From positions 62,001 to 126,000 of the forward strand of contig NIVC01002836.1 of NCBI GenBank assembly GCA_002269645.1: a stretch of DNA of 64,000 nt, read 5' to 3'. This DNA is from Macrostomum lignano (taxonomy: Eukaryota). A model generated the notes under the pieces. It was given only the letters and a program-made list of their open reading frames with translations. It did no database searches and had not been told where the DNA came from. Below, piece after piece: positions 26,801-40,150 of the stretch (positions within the stretch are counted from its first letter, which is position 1; every line of letters begins with the position of its first letter). The position numbers were made by a program, and so were the translations under genes.

Positions 26801-27143
26801 CTAATTATATTCAACTCTATAGTGGCCAAAAACTCTTGTGTATTCAAATAAAAAATAAACTGCAAACTTAAAAAAAGCTAACTGCAACAGTGTATAGGCC
26901 GGAGCTGTATCCAATAACCTACTACAGTACTGCGGAGCGGCCATTATTATTGCTTTGAACCGCATCTGCGCAGTCGAGCTCCAAACTACGCGCTCGTGTA
27001 GCTTTTGTTGTGCTTTGAAACTTTCAATTATCGTGACGTTAATTTGACCGCCGGGAATTTTCGAATAATTAATTGCCTTTTTAACATATTTTTAACGGAT
27101 CCAGCAATGGGAACCATGAGGAAAATTTAAGCTATTGACTTAC

Positions 27144-27302
27144 CGGATGTGGCGGCTGGTCCTTCTCGCCATTCTGGCAACAGCAGCTGCTGTTGTGACT
27201 GCTGGGTCGTCCAGTTTTGCGCCGTCTCATCGTCAACCTCATCGTCAGACGCCGCTGCCGCCGCCGCTGCACCTGCTCCTCTGTCGCCCAGCGTTGCTGC
27301 GC
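27144..27302 (-). CDS. Candidate upstream coding exon of the ataxin-1 gene
   Basis: 159-nt phase 1-1 exon with acceptor ctgtag| and consensus donor CCG|gtaagt; open frame AATLGDRGAGAAAAAAASDDEVDDETAQNWTTQQSQQQLLLPEWREGPAATS; phase matches the acceptor at 15743. Confidence 0.45.
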
Positions 27303-28349
27303 CTACAGTTCAACAGTCCCAAGAAAACAAATTTAAACGGGATAAAGCAGCCAACAGTCAGCTGTGGTGAAGGGGCTGAGCAGGGCTCCGGCGGTGGATA
27401 TTTAATAAAACACGCAGGCGGGATACAGACACGTACAACCTGTTGCGCAGTGTATTTTTATACGCATTATTATATCTAATTAGTCTATCTGAGTCCTGTC
27501 TATCTAAAAACTTAATACGCTATTTAGACCCCCCTATACGCGACTCTGGCGTAATCAGGGGCCTGCAGTCGGGGTGGGGAGGGAGGGGGTGGGGGGAGCT
27601 GCGTACGAGGGCGAAGGCAGACGGAAGAGAGGCTATAGCTGGAGCACCAGCAGCAGCAGCACCAGCGTAAACTTGCGCCATTAGCATTGGCGAGACCAAG
27701 AAAAAATAGTGGAACGCAATGAATCTCTCTGTCCCCTCCTCTAACTGCAATCACGCAGGCCTCCCAGTCAAGTGGCTGCCTGCGCATGGGCGCCCCTGTG
27801 TGTGTAAGTTTTGCATGAGCATATCGTGAAGATTATTCTTTAGCACTGTAGGCTCGCAGGAGCTGTAACCAAAAACCATATATTATAACTACTTTTTCTG
27901 CTGCTTATGCTTCTGCGGTGATTCTCACTCTGTTTCTGAAACTTGTGCCGTTGCTTTTACTGTCAGTTGAAGGTTAGCGCAGTCCCTGTGCCCCCCCCCC
28001 TCCTCGGAACATACTATCCGATCTGGTTTGTATAGTTTAGCCACTGCGGCTATCAGCCCTGGGAAAATCGGGCACGCATATCACGCTCGGTCGCAGGCAT
28101 ACGCTCATGTTTAAAAACTCTCACTTAATACTTTAATCTATGCATGCAGCTGGTACTCTCTCCAATGCTTATAAACCACTACTGAACTCAGCAGGCCGAT
28201 AGTTAGTCTCAATATCGTTATCATGCATTAGTATATCACCCGCAAAAAATTGCCCTTAGTGACTTCTTCTCATTTTTAATTCGAAAAAAATGTTACTGAA
28301 TTTCAGTCGCTATTGTGCTCTGTAGTGCCAGGGCGGCTCGTGCACAATC

Positions 28350-29665
28350 CCTAAATTTCACAAACCTATTTGTCACCGTTCTGAAATTTCACCATCCCGA
28401 AACTTCACAAGTCCGAAACTTCACAATCCTGAAACTTCACAATCCCGAAACTTCACAATCCCGAAACTTCACAATCCTGAAACTTCACAATCCTGAAACT
28501 TCACCATCCCAAAACTTTACAAGTTCGAAACTTCACAAGCCCGTAACTTCAAAATCCCGAAACTTCACAAGTCCGAAACTTCACAATCCTGAAACTTCAC
28601 AATCCCGAAACTTCACAATATTGAAACTTCACAATTCTGAAACTTAACAAGTCCGAAACTTCACAATTCTGAAACTTCACAAGTCCGAAACTTCACAATC
28701 CTGAAACTTCACCATCCCGAAACTTCACAAGTCCGAAAATTCACAATCCTGAAACTTCACAATCCCGAAACTTCACGATCTCGAAACTTCACAATCCTGA
28801 AACTTCACCATCCCGAAACTTCACAATCCTGAAACTTCCCAATCCCGAAACTTCACAATCCCGAAAGTCTCAATCCCGAAACTTCACAATCCCAAAACAT
28901 CACAAGTCCGAAACTTCACAATCCCAAAACTTCACAATCCCGAAACTTCACGATCTCGAAACTTCACAATCCCAAAACTTTACAAGTTCGAAACTTCACA
29001 AGCCCGTAACTTCAAAATCCCGAAACTTCACAAGTCCAAAACTTCACCATCCCGAAACTTCACAAGTCCGAAACTTCACAATCCTGAAACTTCACCATCC
29101 CGAAACTTCACAATCCTGAAACTTCACAATTTTGAAATTTTACCATCCCGAAACTTCACAAGTCCGAAACTTCACAATCCCAAAACTTTACAAGTTCGAA
29201 ACTTCACAAGCCCGTAACTTCACAATCCCGAAACTTCACAAACCCGAAACTTCACAAGCCCAAAACTTCTCAATCCCGAAACTTCACAAACCCGAAACTT
29301 CACAATCCCAAAACATTAAAAGTTCGAAACTTCACAAGCCCGTAACTTCAAAATCCCGAAACTTCACCATCCCGAAACTTCACAAGTCCGAAACTTCACA
29401 ATTCTGAAACTTCACAAGTCCGAAACTTCACAATCCTGAAACTTCACCATCCCGAAACTTCACAAGTCCGAAACTTCACAATCCTGAAACTTCACCATCC
29501 CGAAACTTCACAATCCTGAAACTTCACAATCCTGAAATTTCACCATCCCGAAACTTCACAATCCTGAAACTTCACAATCCCGAAACTTCACAATCCTGAA
29601 ACTTCACAATCCCGAAACTTTACAAACCCGAAACTTCACAAGTCTGAAATTTCAAAAGTCCAAAA
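28350..29665. repeat. 16-bp minisatellite (CCCGAAACTTCACAAT), about 80 copies
   Basis: Direct tandem units. Confidence 0.97.
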
Positions 29666-32600
29666 TTTCACTCTCCCAAAATTTGTGAAGTTTTTAAGTG
29701 GTAAAATTTTCTTAAAACTTGTGAAAATTTTGGTTTTAAAAGCACCTTCTCGGGGCAGAACAATGAGTAAACAATCAGAGATGCTTTGTATACCGTAGCA
29801 ACTATAAAAATGTCATACCACCTGCAAAAACATATCTGGATCGCATCGCTTATCAATCAATTTAGTTTTGAGTGCGTAAATGTCTTGGCTACGAATGTCA
29901 TGATCATTTAATCACGGACAAAATTGCACGTCAGATTCATTGTAAAACGCAATTAGAATAAAACATTGCACGAGATCATGCAGTGCTGCACGGAATAGCT
30001 GGCCGGGACTTGTAAAACCGCAGAATATATCAGATCTGTTGTTATAACACAGCCACGCAGTAATGGAGTTTTCGACTAAAAAAGTAGTTTAAAAAAATAA
30101 TTATGAGTAAACATGGGGGTGATCTAATCCGGAATCCCATAGAGTGGGGTTCACTGTACGCTAATTTTATTCTACCGTTCGATTTCTGAATCTTTTCAAG
30201 ATACGATTGCACAATAAACAAAAGCAATTCTGGGTATTCTCTAATCATGTTCTACTACAGCAGCTGCTGCATAGTTGCAGCAATTGAGTAAAACTTTAAT
30301 TAAAAAAATACTTTCACTTCCTACTAAAAGTAGCACCTTAGATGCATGAACTAGCGAATCGATATTACACCATTTTACCAAAAGAAACAAGCGCTGTTGC
30401 TCATGTAAACGCCATTCTTATTTCATTTTGTTGCACCATGCTTTTACACATCATATATCTCTATAATATAACATATGAAAGCGTAGCAGGTAATGCGATG
30501 TACACGTAAAACTATACATCTAAATGTAGGAAAGGTAAGGCCTTCTAAAACTATAGAATCCAAGATCAGAGAGCTGCTTATGTTCTGCATTTAGTGCATT
30601 GTTAAGGCTGACTTGTTTTTTGCTTTATTAAATAATTTTCCCATGCGGATTGAAAACTCAATTGGTTTGAAATTTTATGTGCATGCAATGCCCTATAATT
30701 TTTAATCAGTTTAAAGTCAGTTTTCTGCTGATGATTACTGCAAAATTTGCTTGTATAAATTGCGATAGTTTCTTATTTTTACTGCTCCAAACAAAAACAT
30801 TATTTTAATGTATGACCATACCTATAGGATTCTAATATCCGTCAATTATAAGTTTCTGATTTATACTAGTTGTCTAGTACAGGCACGAAATGTTATAATT
30901 TACAAAAAATAAAGGTTTGAAAATTTTCCTCACGAAACGGAAATTTGAAGACTGCTTTCTGCGAAACAAACACGTCATTTTTCGTTGTTTAAAAATGCCC
31001 GCCATAGAAATCAAGTCATACGAATTATCATATATATATATTAGCTAATTTTTTTCTTTTATCAATCACCGCTCATTTATTCTTATTTTTTTAATAAAAA
31101 ACTATGGTCTATACTTAGCTATATGCCCCGTCGCGGATTTCCTAACCTAGTAATTTTTAATGAATTATTTTATATATTAGCCAGACTCAACTGATTCTCT
31201 ACAACTCCATTGTCAAAATCAAATTTAGGCCCCTAGCAACATTTTATTACTGTCTAATTGTCATATTTAATGATTAATTTTGTAATGAATAATATTATTA
31301 TTATTAGGCCTAGGCTATATATTTATTATATACTTAGTGATCTACTGATCTAAGCAAATGTCAATGTCAATGTTGGTTATTTTATTTATTAGTTTTTAAA
31401 AAAAATTTTACTATAGAAGCTTAAATGTATGCAATCTTCTAGTTTTACTGTACTAAATTATTTTCATGTTTTTACAAATTTTTCATCCTATACTAATTGA
31501 CAAATGCTGGGTTTTTAAGGGGTCGGACGTGATCGCAATTGTGATCACAATTTTGTGAATTCACGACTATTTTTTTCACAATCGTGATTTCCTTGAAACC
31601 CATTCACGACAGTTGTAAATTTCCACTTTATTACATTTTTATTAGAAGTATAACTTTTCTACTTGGTTTACCAAAATATGTGAACACAAATTAAAAGAGT
31701 AATAAATTTTAAATTTGTTGACTTGACAGCAATACCGAGTAGCTATTATCAATTTATAAATATTTCTTTTCTTGTTTTGTTTTTTTCAACACTTGTAACT
31801 TACAAGCTGAAAATACGTGTATGCAAATATAAATTCACAATCACACCCGACTTTGAAAATTTCACAAAATTTCATGTCCGACCAAAATTTTCTGCTCGTC
31901 CGACCTCTAGTTTTTTTTTCGCCAGAGACAAGGTGCAAAATCGCACCTTGTGCCAAAGCCAAATTTCAAGTTGCGATTGTAAGGCTCAGAGTGCAATTTC
32001 TCTTGAGTCTTGTTTCAGACAACTGGGAATGTATAGACATGTCTTATGTCTATACATCTTTGTACAAAGAATGCCTTGACCTCTTGTCTGTTATCTCGTC
32101 TTCAGATTGCTGCTTTGATAAATAGTAACATGATAAAAAATACTAAAACAAAGAAGTTGCTACTTTGTATCTATTCTCCCATTTTTTCATTTCAGAATAA
32201 GCCTTCAGCTTGTGTTACAATGGGTTTTCCTCTGTCTTTATGAACAATCCCACCGCTGCCACCAAGTTGTCAAAGGCATAATTGCTCTTACTGAAATTAT
32301 CCCACTGCTGCAACCAAGTTGTCAAAGGGCTGATTTTTCTGTCTCTTCAAATGATTTCACAGCTGTCACTAAAGTTGTCAAAGGGCTAAATTCCTGTTTT
32401 TATTAATGTTGGTAGCTGCCACCAAGACTATTCTATTAATAAATTATGATTTTATTAATCTTAGAATAAGTCTGAGAATAGGTCTGAGTATTTAGTCTGA
32501 GTATTTAGTCTTAGTATTATTCCTAGAAAACTATTAGCCCTGAAAGATTTTACTCCTCTGTTATTCTGGTAGCATTTATTCTGATTCCGGTAGCATTTAC

Positions 32601-34529
32601 TGAACTTTTGGCCTGAGTGGTCTATTGGCTATACTAGTATATATATTCCATGTACTTTGCAAGTCCTTGGGCATTACCGAGATCAGAGGGTCACAGCCTC
32701 CAGTTATTCTTACATGTATCACTTCAGATCTACTTCGTATTCTCTTACTATTCAATATTGCTGCTTCTTAATAGTATGTACTGTATACACTTCAGTCTAT
32801 TTCACTCTTACTTCTTAAAAAGAATTAACATAGAAAACACTTTTTCAATTCTTATTTTCTCGGAACTATTATTCTTCGATATGACTGTTTTGTTAGTGAA
32901 CCGCGATGCGCAAGATTGGTCTCTCCTCCGCCAAAAATGCTTCTATTAATACTAAAATTTACTGCTAGTTAAAACAAAAATTAGGTTGTGTAAAATATTA
33001 TGAAAAATATGAGTATTAAAACAAAATATGTTTCTTAGTTTTGGCATGAATTCAAATTGACTAAACAGTGACTATTTTATAAAGAAATCGGGAGGGGCCC
33101 TGCACACTTATAAGGCTTCGTGTTCAAGAGTTCTGGAGACAGGCTTCAACAGGCTGACTTACCTACATCCATTCCTCTTGGATAACATGGAAGTGGGCCT
33201 GGTGGGACCAGAATTGGATTCAGCATAGCATAGATTAACAATATATCATTATCAATTGGATTGACACAGCTCAAGCTGATTGAGTGGCAGCTCCACTGTT
33301 ACATTTTACATGCAATGCTGTGTGCATAGTACACTATTGAAAATATACTCTTACACATTAAAAGAATGTTTTCCAGCTATATTTGCAGAGGAAAAGAAAT
33401 AAAAAATGTAGAATTTACCGTCTAACAATTTTAACAGTCAATATTTTTCCTTGCTATTCTACCTTTTTATTTACCTACTGGATGTTGAATTTAATAAAAA
33501 TTCTACTATATGTCTATGCAGTTTAAGGCGCTAGTAAATTATGTACACAGCAAAACTCTAGCTAGCTATAAAGTAAATATGTAGTCGTGGATGATAGATA
33601 GTTCCAATCCAACTACCAACACTGTGACAACTAGGCTAAAAATGAAAGTTAAAGGTAAAAATTCAAAGCATTCAAGAGATGGATAATGCTTTAATTTGCA
33701 AACCTTGAGTTGGAGTTAGAACTCCTGAAGATAATCAAAGAAATCGAAGCAAAAAGACTACTTTTCAAGGAATACATGATCATTGAGCAGAGTCACTGAC
33801 TCACTGCATAGACAATTAGGAAGACACTAGCAATCTAGTGCCCACTTCGGTGCGCCCAATAAGTAAGGGACAAAATAATTTACGTAAATCCTATTTGCCT
33901 TGACTCCGATGCAATTCTCCCAAAAGCCTTGACATCTCATCAATAACCATAGCAATCCTTGACATCTACACGATTCCCCACAAGCCTTAACATCTTAGCA
34001 ATCTCCCCAGCAAGCTAATTGAGTAAAATGCTCATTGAGCCTGAGTTAAATGCTTATTCCTTCATGTCATGGGCCATGGCATTGACAAACTCGTTGACAT
34101 CGAGTTCCGACAGCTGGTAGCGCTTTCGTTGGGCACTGTGCTCCCACAATGCAAAGGCTTGATCATACAGGAAACTCTTGTAGTAAAAGTATTATAGACT
34201 AAACAAGGCTATATATATCAAATCTGGCATTAAAACAATTAAAGACATATTATTATTAATACATATAACATAAAGAGATTCTATATGTCTAGTTTAATAA
34301 AAGGTTTTTAGATTAAAACAATATAAGATAAATTAGTTTGTAGTTGATTTGTTATATTATTATATTAAAATATACTAAAAATACTAATACTATTTAGTCT
34401 AAGTCTACTTTAATTTACTATTAGCCATAACTATATATAGACTCAAAGTATATAATATACAATAATTAATAATAGTATAAATATTAGTATTGTATGTATA
34501 CTATTAATATTATAATATTATTGTACATA

Positions 34530-35822
34530 CGAGGGGCACTATTAAAGTTCTGAGCCTGACCAAGATCTTATAGTGGCAAAGTGTTGAAACTTTAGGCTCT
34601 ACAAGCGCCACATGTTAATAGTCTATTGTCAACTTTTCAGAATTTTCTGCATTCCCTAAGTCCCACTGCACCATTTTATTTCCAGCACCCCATGGCATTT
34701 TCTCAAGAATTGAAGCTTGAGCACAGGGCAGTGATTAAATTTCTGACTCTGGAGGGCTCAAAGCCTGCTGAAATTCAAAGCCGCATGGCTAGTGTGTACG
34801 CTGACGCTGCCCCCTCATACGCCACCATAAAGCGCTGGGCAGCCGAGTTCAAGCGTGGCCGCGACTCGCTCGAAGATGACCCCCGATGTGGACGACCCCG
34901 GACTGCTGTCACTGCCGACAACATCCAGCGCATCCAGGCTCTGGTTGACAGTGACCAGCGGGTGAAAGTCAGGGAACTTGCGGCAGACACTGGACTCTCT
35001 GACCCGCAAGTCATTGAGATCCTGCACCAGCATCTTCATCTGTCCAAGGTTTCTGCCAGATGGATCCCACGAATCTTGACAAGGGACCAAAAGACCGCAC
35101 GGGTGCAGTACTCAAAGCTTGTCCTGGACTCCTACGATCCGGACCCTGCCAACTTTCTGTCCTGCTGCGTGACCGGGGATGAGACGTGGATCCATCACCA
35201 CGATCCCGAGTCCAAGCAGGAGTCCAAGCAGTGGCTGCCAGTTGGTTCACCTGCACCACTGAAGGCACGGACTGCATGCAGTGCGGGCAAGATTATGCTC
35301 ACCGTCTTCTGGGATGCCAAGGGCCCGCTGCTGCTGGACTTTCTACCGCACAAGCAGACAGTCACAGGCACCTACTACGCTGACCTGATCGCCCGTCTGC
35401 GCGAAGCAATCAAGGAAAATAGGCGAGGGATGCTGAGCCGAGGTGTTGTGCTGCTGCACGACAATGCACCGGCCCACACTAGCAGGATTGCCAAGGCTGC
35501 TGTCAGTGTCGCAGGGTTTCGAGAGCTGCCGCACCCAGCCTATTCACCAGACCTGGCCCCGAGCGACTTCCACCTGTTTCCACATCTCAAGCGGGCGCTC
35601 CGTGGACAGCGATTTGACACTGATGATGCGCTGAAGGATGCTGCAACTGCTTGGTTTGAGGGCTGCTCGGTGCAATTCTTCCAGAGTGGCATTGAGGCGC
35701 TGCGATCAAGATGCCATAAGTGCATCTTGGTTGGGGGAGACTATGTTGAGAAAAGCTGATCTCACTTTGCCCATATCTCCTCTCTTTCATATTAAGGCTC
35801 AGAACTTTAATAGTGCCCCTCG
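34530..35822 (+). mobile_element. Full-length mariner transposon (DD34D), 1293 bp
   Basis: Perfect 28-bp TIRs CGAGGGGCACTATTAAAGTTCTGAGCCT (34530-34557 and 35795-35822), TA on both flanks (34528-29, 35823-24), one uninterrupted ORF. Confidence 0.97.
34692..35759 (+). CDS. Mariner transposase, 355 aa
   Basis: HTH region, WIPRIL (WVPHEL-type linker), VTGDETW, LHDNAPAH, YSPDLAPSD; I count 34 residues between the second and third Asp. Confidence 0.96.
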   Translation: MAFSQELKLEHRAVIKFLTLEGSKPAEIQSRMASVYADAAPSYATIKRWAAEFKRGRDSLEDDPRCGRPRTAVTADNIQRIQALVDSDQRVKVRELAADTGLSDPQVIEILHQHLHLSKVSARWIPRILTRDQKTARVQYSKLVLDSYDPDPANFLSCCVTGDETWIHHHDPESKQESKQWLPVGSPAPLKARTACSAGKIMLTVFWDAKGPLLLDFLPHKQTVTGTYYADLIARLREAIKENRRGMLSRGVVLLHDNAPAHTSRIAKAAVSVAGFRELPHPAYSPDLAPSDFHLFPHLKRALRGQRFDTDDALKDAATAWFEGCSVQFFQSGIEALRSRCHKCILVGGDYVEKS

Positions 35823-38689
35823 TACATATGCCTAGCATAGACATCATATAGTACAGTTAAATAGTAATTTAAATATAATTTTATAATTTTACTGTTACAA
35901 TTATTTTACAATAATTTTATAATAATTGTAAATAATTACTTATACTAAAATAAAAAATAAAGTAAATGTAATTTGGTCCTACTGCCTACTCAAACATTTT
36001 TGCAATAGAAGCTCACTGATTATGTTATATCCGGACTCTAACAGTCTTTTTGACTTATAATTTATGATTGATATCTTTAACTTATAACTAACTACTTCAC
36101 AAACAATAGAAATTGGCATTAGTCCTTATAGATAGTCTATCTATTGATTTTATTTATCTATTCTAGGCCTATTGATTATCTATGATTTAATTGTGGGTAT
36201 AAGCCTTAGGCTATTAGATTATGAATATGATAAATTTATGAACTTGAATTTAATACCTTACTTTAGTAGAGCTTATGATTAGATAGACCTTTAGATTCTT
36301 ATAATTTGCATTTGTATTATATCTATAGATTATATATACAACTAAATAAACACAAGGCTACTGCTTAACTCATACTTAACATTCTAAGAAAGAGTAAAGA
36401 CTCTGAAGAGTCAAGAGTAAAGATGTCAAAATTAAAAAAGTTGAAGTTTATACTAATATACTAGATAAATTATCATCATTTATCATTGATTAAAAAGGCC
36501 AAATTTAATGTGATCAAAGATCATATGATTTTTATATAATTTTTCATATATTTTAATATCTTACATAAGGCTATAGCCATAGGCTATATGACTTAATAGG
36601 ATTTAAAGAGTTATTATGTTTCATATTTTAAGGCAGTGCATGAAAAATAGCTTAAGCATAGTTAAGCCTTTAAAGAAAAATGGTTATAAGACCGCACCTA
36701 AACTGCACCTACTTTTTTAATTTCAGGGTATGATTTTAAAATTTAGGGTGCATATGCACACTCTGCGCACAAAAAACCCTGGAACAAATGGTAGGCCTAT
36801 AATGGCTTGTAGAATCATATAGATATCAATCACCAACTCCATTTTCTGGACCCACATGACAACTTGACTGTCCATATAAACACCATTGAGGGGTCATGGG
36901 CAGGCATCAAGGCCAAATTCACTCTAGTACATAGCACTAGTGATGCCCTGTTTGACACCTATCTCAATGAGTACTTGTGCCTATGGTGCTGCCTTTTCCC
37001 ATTACCAAAAGTGTTTGGGAACTTTTTGTATTAGGTTATGTCACTATTATTGATACTAATGACTAATGACTTCATATTTTATTACTTTTCATATGAAAAT
37101 ATTTCTATGTAGTAAAGTAGAAGATTGCCAAATGTACTAGTCACTGAAAATATAGCCATAAGCATTATAGTAGCCAGGGTCTAGATCGTGTAGTAGTGTA
37201 TGCCAGAACAAGAATCCTATCTCAGCTAAATGTATGCCAGTGTATGCTAAAAGCAAAAAATTCCCTAAAATATATGCCTAAAATTCCACCTAAAAAGGTC
37301 ATTCAGTTTTCACAAGTAGAGTTTCTTTAAGAAAGGCTTTCCATCAAAAAGTCTTTAAAATATGAAGATTTTCTTTTAATTTTTTAAACAAACTTAAATT
37401 AAACCTACAGAAATAATAATGCAAAATTTATATTCTTAGTCATCATTTATACTAATTTTATTTATGATTAATTTTAAAGAAGCAAAAAGTTTATTTCTAA
37501 CTTTTTAGACTGTAAATTTTCCATTATTTTACATAAAAACCCTAATTTACATTACAATTTTCATGCACAGCATGAATTTATTCACCCAAATTGGTTCACC
37601 AAAAAATTGGCATCAATTAGTGTGCCAAAATTTGCATGTCAAAAAATTGCATGAATTTGTATGCTAAAATTTGTATGCCAACTTTGAAAGAGGTCATTTG
37701 TATGCCAGTATTTTCTAGTATACATGTAACCTTCCAGTGTCTAGTAGAATAAACAACTATGGAAATTATTATAAAGCTCTTTGAGGAAATATAATTTTTT
37801 AATCTTATTTATTATAAAATCATAAAATTTATAATTGTTAAATTGTAAAATTGTAAAAAATCATAAAAATCACAAGAAATGTCTTGACTTTATCTTTAAC
37901 TCATATTACAAATTATCTTATAGCTATTGTTAGATATAACCCCATTGAAGTTATATTAGGGTTCATATCTTATAGTATATTGTTTAGTAGCACTTAAAAT
38001 ATTTCTATTCTAATATTAAAAATATATATTATTATTATTAAATCATTGAAAGGATATAGCAAAATTTTCTAGACTGTAGCTTACCATTTTTGCAATTTTT
38101 ATCTACTTTGGTTGAAAGTTTAAAAACAAAGAAACAATAACCTATTTAGTCAGTTTATAAACCTTCATAACATTTCAGTTAATTGTAAAAATTTATATTC
38201 ATTCTAAAAATTCTTATTAAGTCCATAGGAAAAAAGCATATACCATATATAGGCCAGAGATTTCTAGGGTACATTCACAAATATTTGACATAAATGATGG
38301 GAACAAAAAGTGATTTTAGTGGTACAACTAGGGTTTTCAAAGGGTAGACTATAAGGGAATTGGGGATAAGTAGAATATTGAAACTATATAATAATGAAGC
38401 TGCTCTACTAGCCAATTAGCCAATATATACAAGCTAATATAGTCATATGATATGACATAGATAAAAGCTTTAAACTAGAGATATTAACATAGACAACATA
38501 CTAAGCTAATATACCTATTATCACTATACTATTGCCTAACTATTGTCTGTGATCTCCATTCTTAAAGCAGATATGAATAGAATCAAAATTCTAACCCTGT
38601 AGCACTCAAACACAATATTGTATATTGTCACTATACAAAATGCTATATTTGAATTGTCAAGTCACTGATCAAGCAATATGCTGCAATAG

Positions 38690-40150
38690 TTAAAAAGCAA
38701 AGAAACGTGCTGTTCTCATTTAGAATGTTGCTTGTCAAGATTGGCCTTTTTCTAGAAACTTTTCTATTATTGACTGGATAACTTTGAGTACATTGGAAAG
38801 TAGCTATTAGTGCACAAATACTAATGCAAGCCCATCTAATTGCTCTTTACCCATTTTCCTGCATAAGTAGTTCTTTATGAACTTAAATGTCAAAAAAGAT
38901 TGCTCTCCTTTGGCAGTCAATACTAGCAGCATTGCATAAATTAAAAGAAAATAATGTGTATTTGGGAAACACATCTTGTCACAACTGTGTAAACAATCTG
39001 TGATAGTAATTGGCCAAGGCATTCCTTCATTCTTATTCTGCCACATGCATTGCCACAAACAAAACTTGGCTTCTACAAACTCCATCTTGTTGGTAGACAG
39101 GTATAGCAGGAAATGAGCCAATGCATTAGCTAAATAAGAAAAGTTATATTTCTTACGACTCATTTAGTAAAAGAGCAAAGAAACCTCTGGCAATTGCATT
39201 AAAATCTTTAAAGCAGTCATTAAAGTTCATAAAAGTATTAAGTCCAAAATGGAATTTAGACATTCAATTGCCAATAGTCCTTTGAAGTGGATGCTAGAGT
39301 ATTAGCTCAATGACACTATTTTGCAGTATGTTGTAAAGGCACAATGTCTACTTCTAGATTGGCTAAAATTGTCTCTATTTTGTCCCAGAGCTAGTCAAAT
39401 TGCTGACTACTTGTCACTTAAAATCTGATTGGCAAGTCCTTTACCACTCGTATCTTCTGCATAAGAAAACTGCAGAAAGTCTAAAAATGAATAATTATGG
39501 ACATAGTAAATACAAATTGTCATCTGCACCTGCCTAGACAAATTTATTGTCTTGTTAGCAAGAATAGACACAAACTCTAAATTGTTGATTTTCTCATGTA
39601 GCTGATCCAGCACATCTTCACCAAGGCACTCAATCAACTCATTCTAGATCAGCTAGCTGATGTACTTGGCATTCGCAGACCCATAGTATAGATGCTCTTT
39701 GAGATTTTTGTTGCCAATATCAACAAATGCACAAAAAAGTTTGCAAAATATGCAATTGTTGCACTCTTGCAAGGCCAACACTAGTCCATGATCCCAATGG
39801 CTACAAAGATCAAAGCCACTTTTGCTACACACTAGAATGGCTGAAGAGAAAAAGAGAAATATGGCTAGATTGGGCTAGCTACATTGGCTTTGAATTGAGA
39901 TGGGACACAGTGTGACTATACAGACAATGGCATATGGCTTTTAAAAGCAGATCAGTTGTGTTCCGATATCAATTCACAAGACACCCATTTCTCACAAATC
40001 TTCTCACAAAATTGAAGCAAACTATTTGTTTATGGTCAAACTCCAAATGAATAAATTTTCAGCTAGCCATAAAGTGCCAATATAGCAAGTCTGGAAACTT
40101 TATAGCAGCATCCCTTGTATATTATTGGTAGCTTGTAGCACCAGACCAAT
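38690..40150 (-). pseudogene. Decayed hAT-type transposase (ZMYM1/THAP12-like DUF4371 and dimerisation regions)
   Basis: Fragments IECLGEDVLDQLHEKINNLEFVSILANKT...DTSGKGLANQI (39637-39407) and FPNTHYFLLIYAMLLVLTAKGEQSFLTFKFIKNYLCRKMGKEQLDGLALVFVH (to 38807) resemble hAT core and dimerisation motifs; interrupted by stops/frameshifts; termini not resolved. Confidence 0.72.

Noticed and set aside
27135-27479. Plus-strand ORF with a signal-peptide-like start (MWRLVLLAILATAAAVV)
   Set aside because: No downstream plus-strand exons found; the minus strand has a consensus GTAAGT donor and a phase-compatible exon. Not fully excluded.
36880-36990. Minus-strand EIGVKQG resembling a LINE reverse-transcriptase motif
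   Set aside because: Single short motif flanked by stops; no YADD or other motifs seen.
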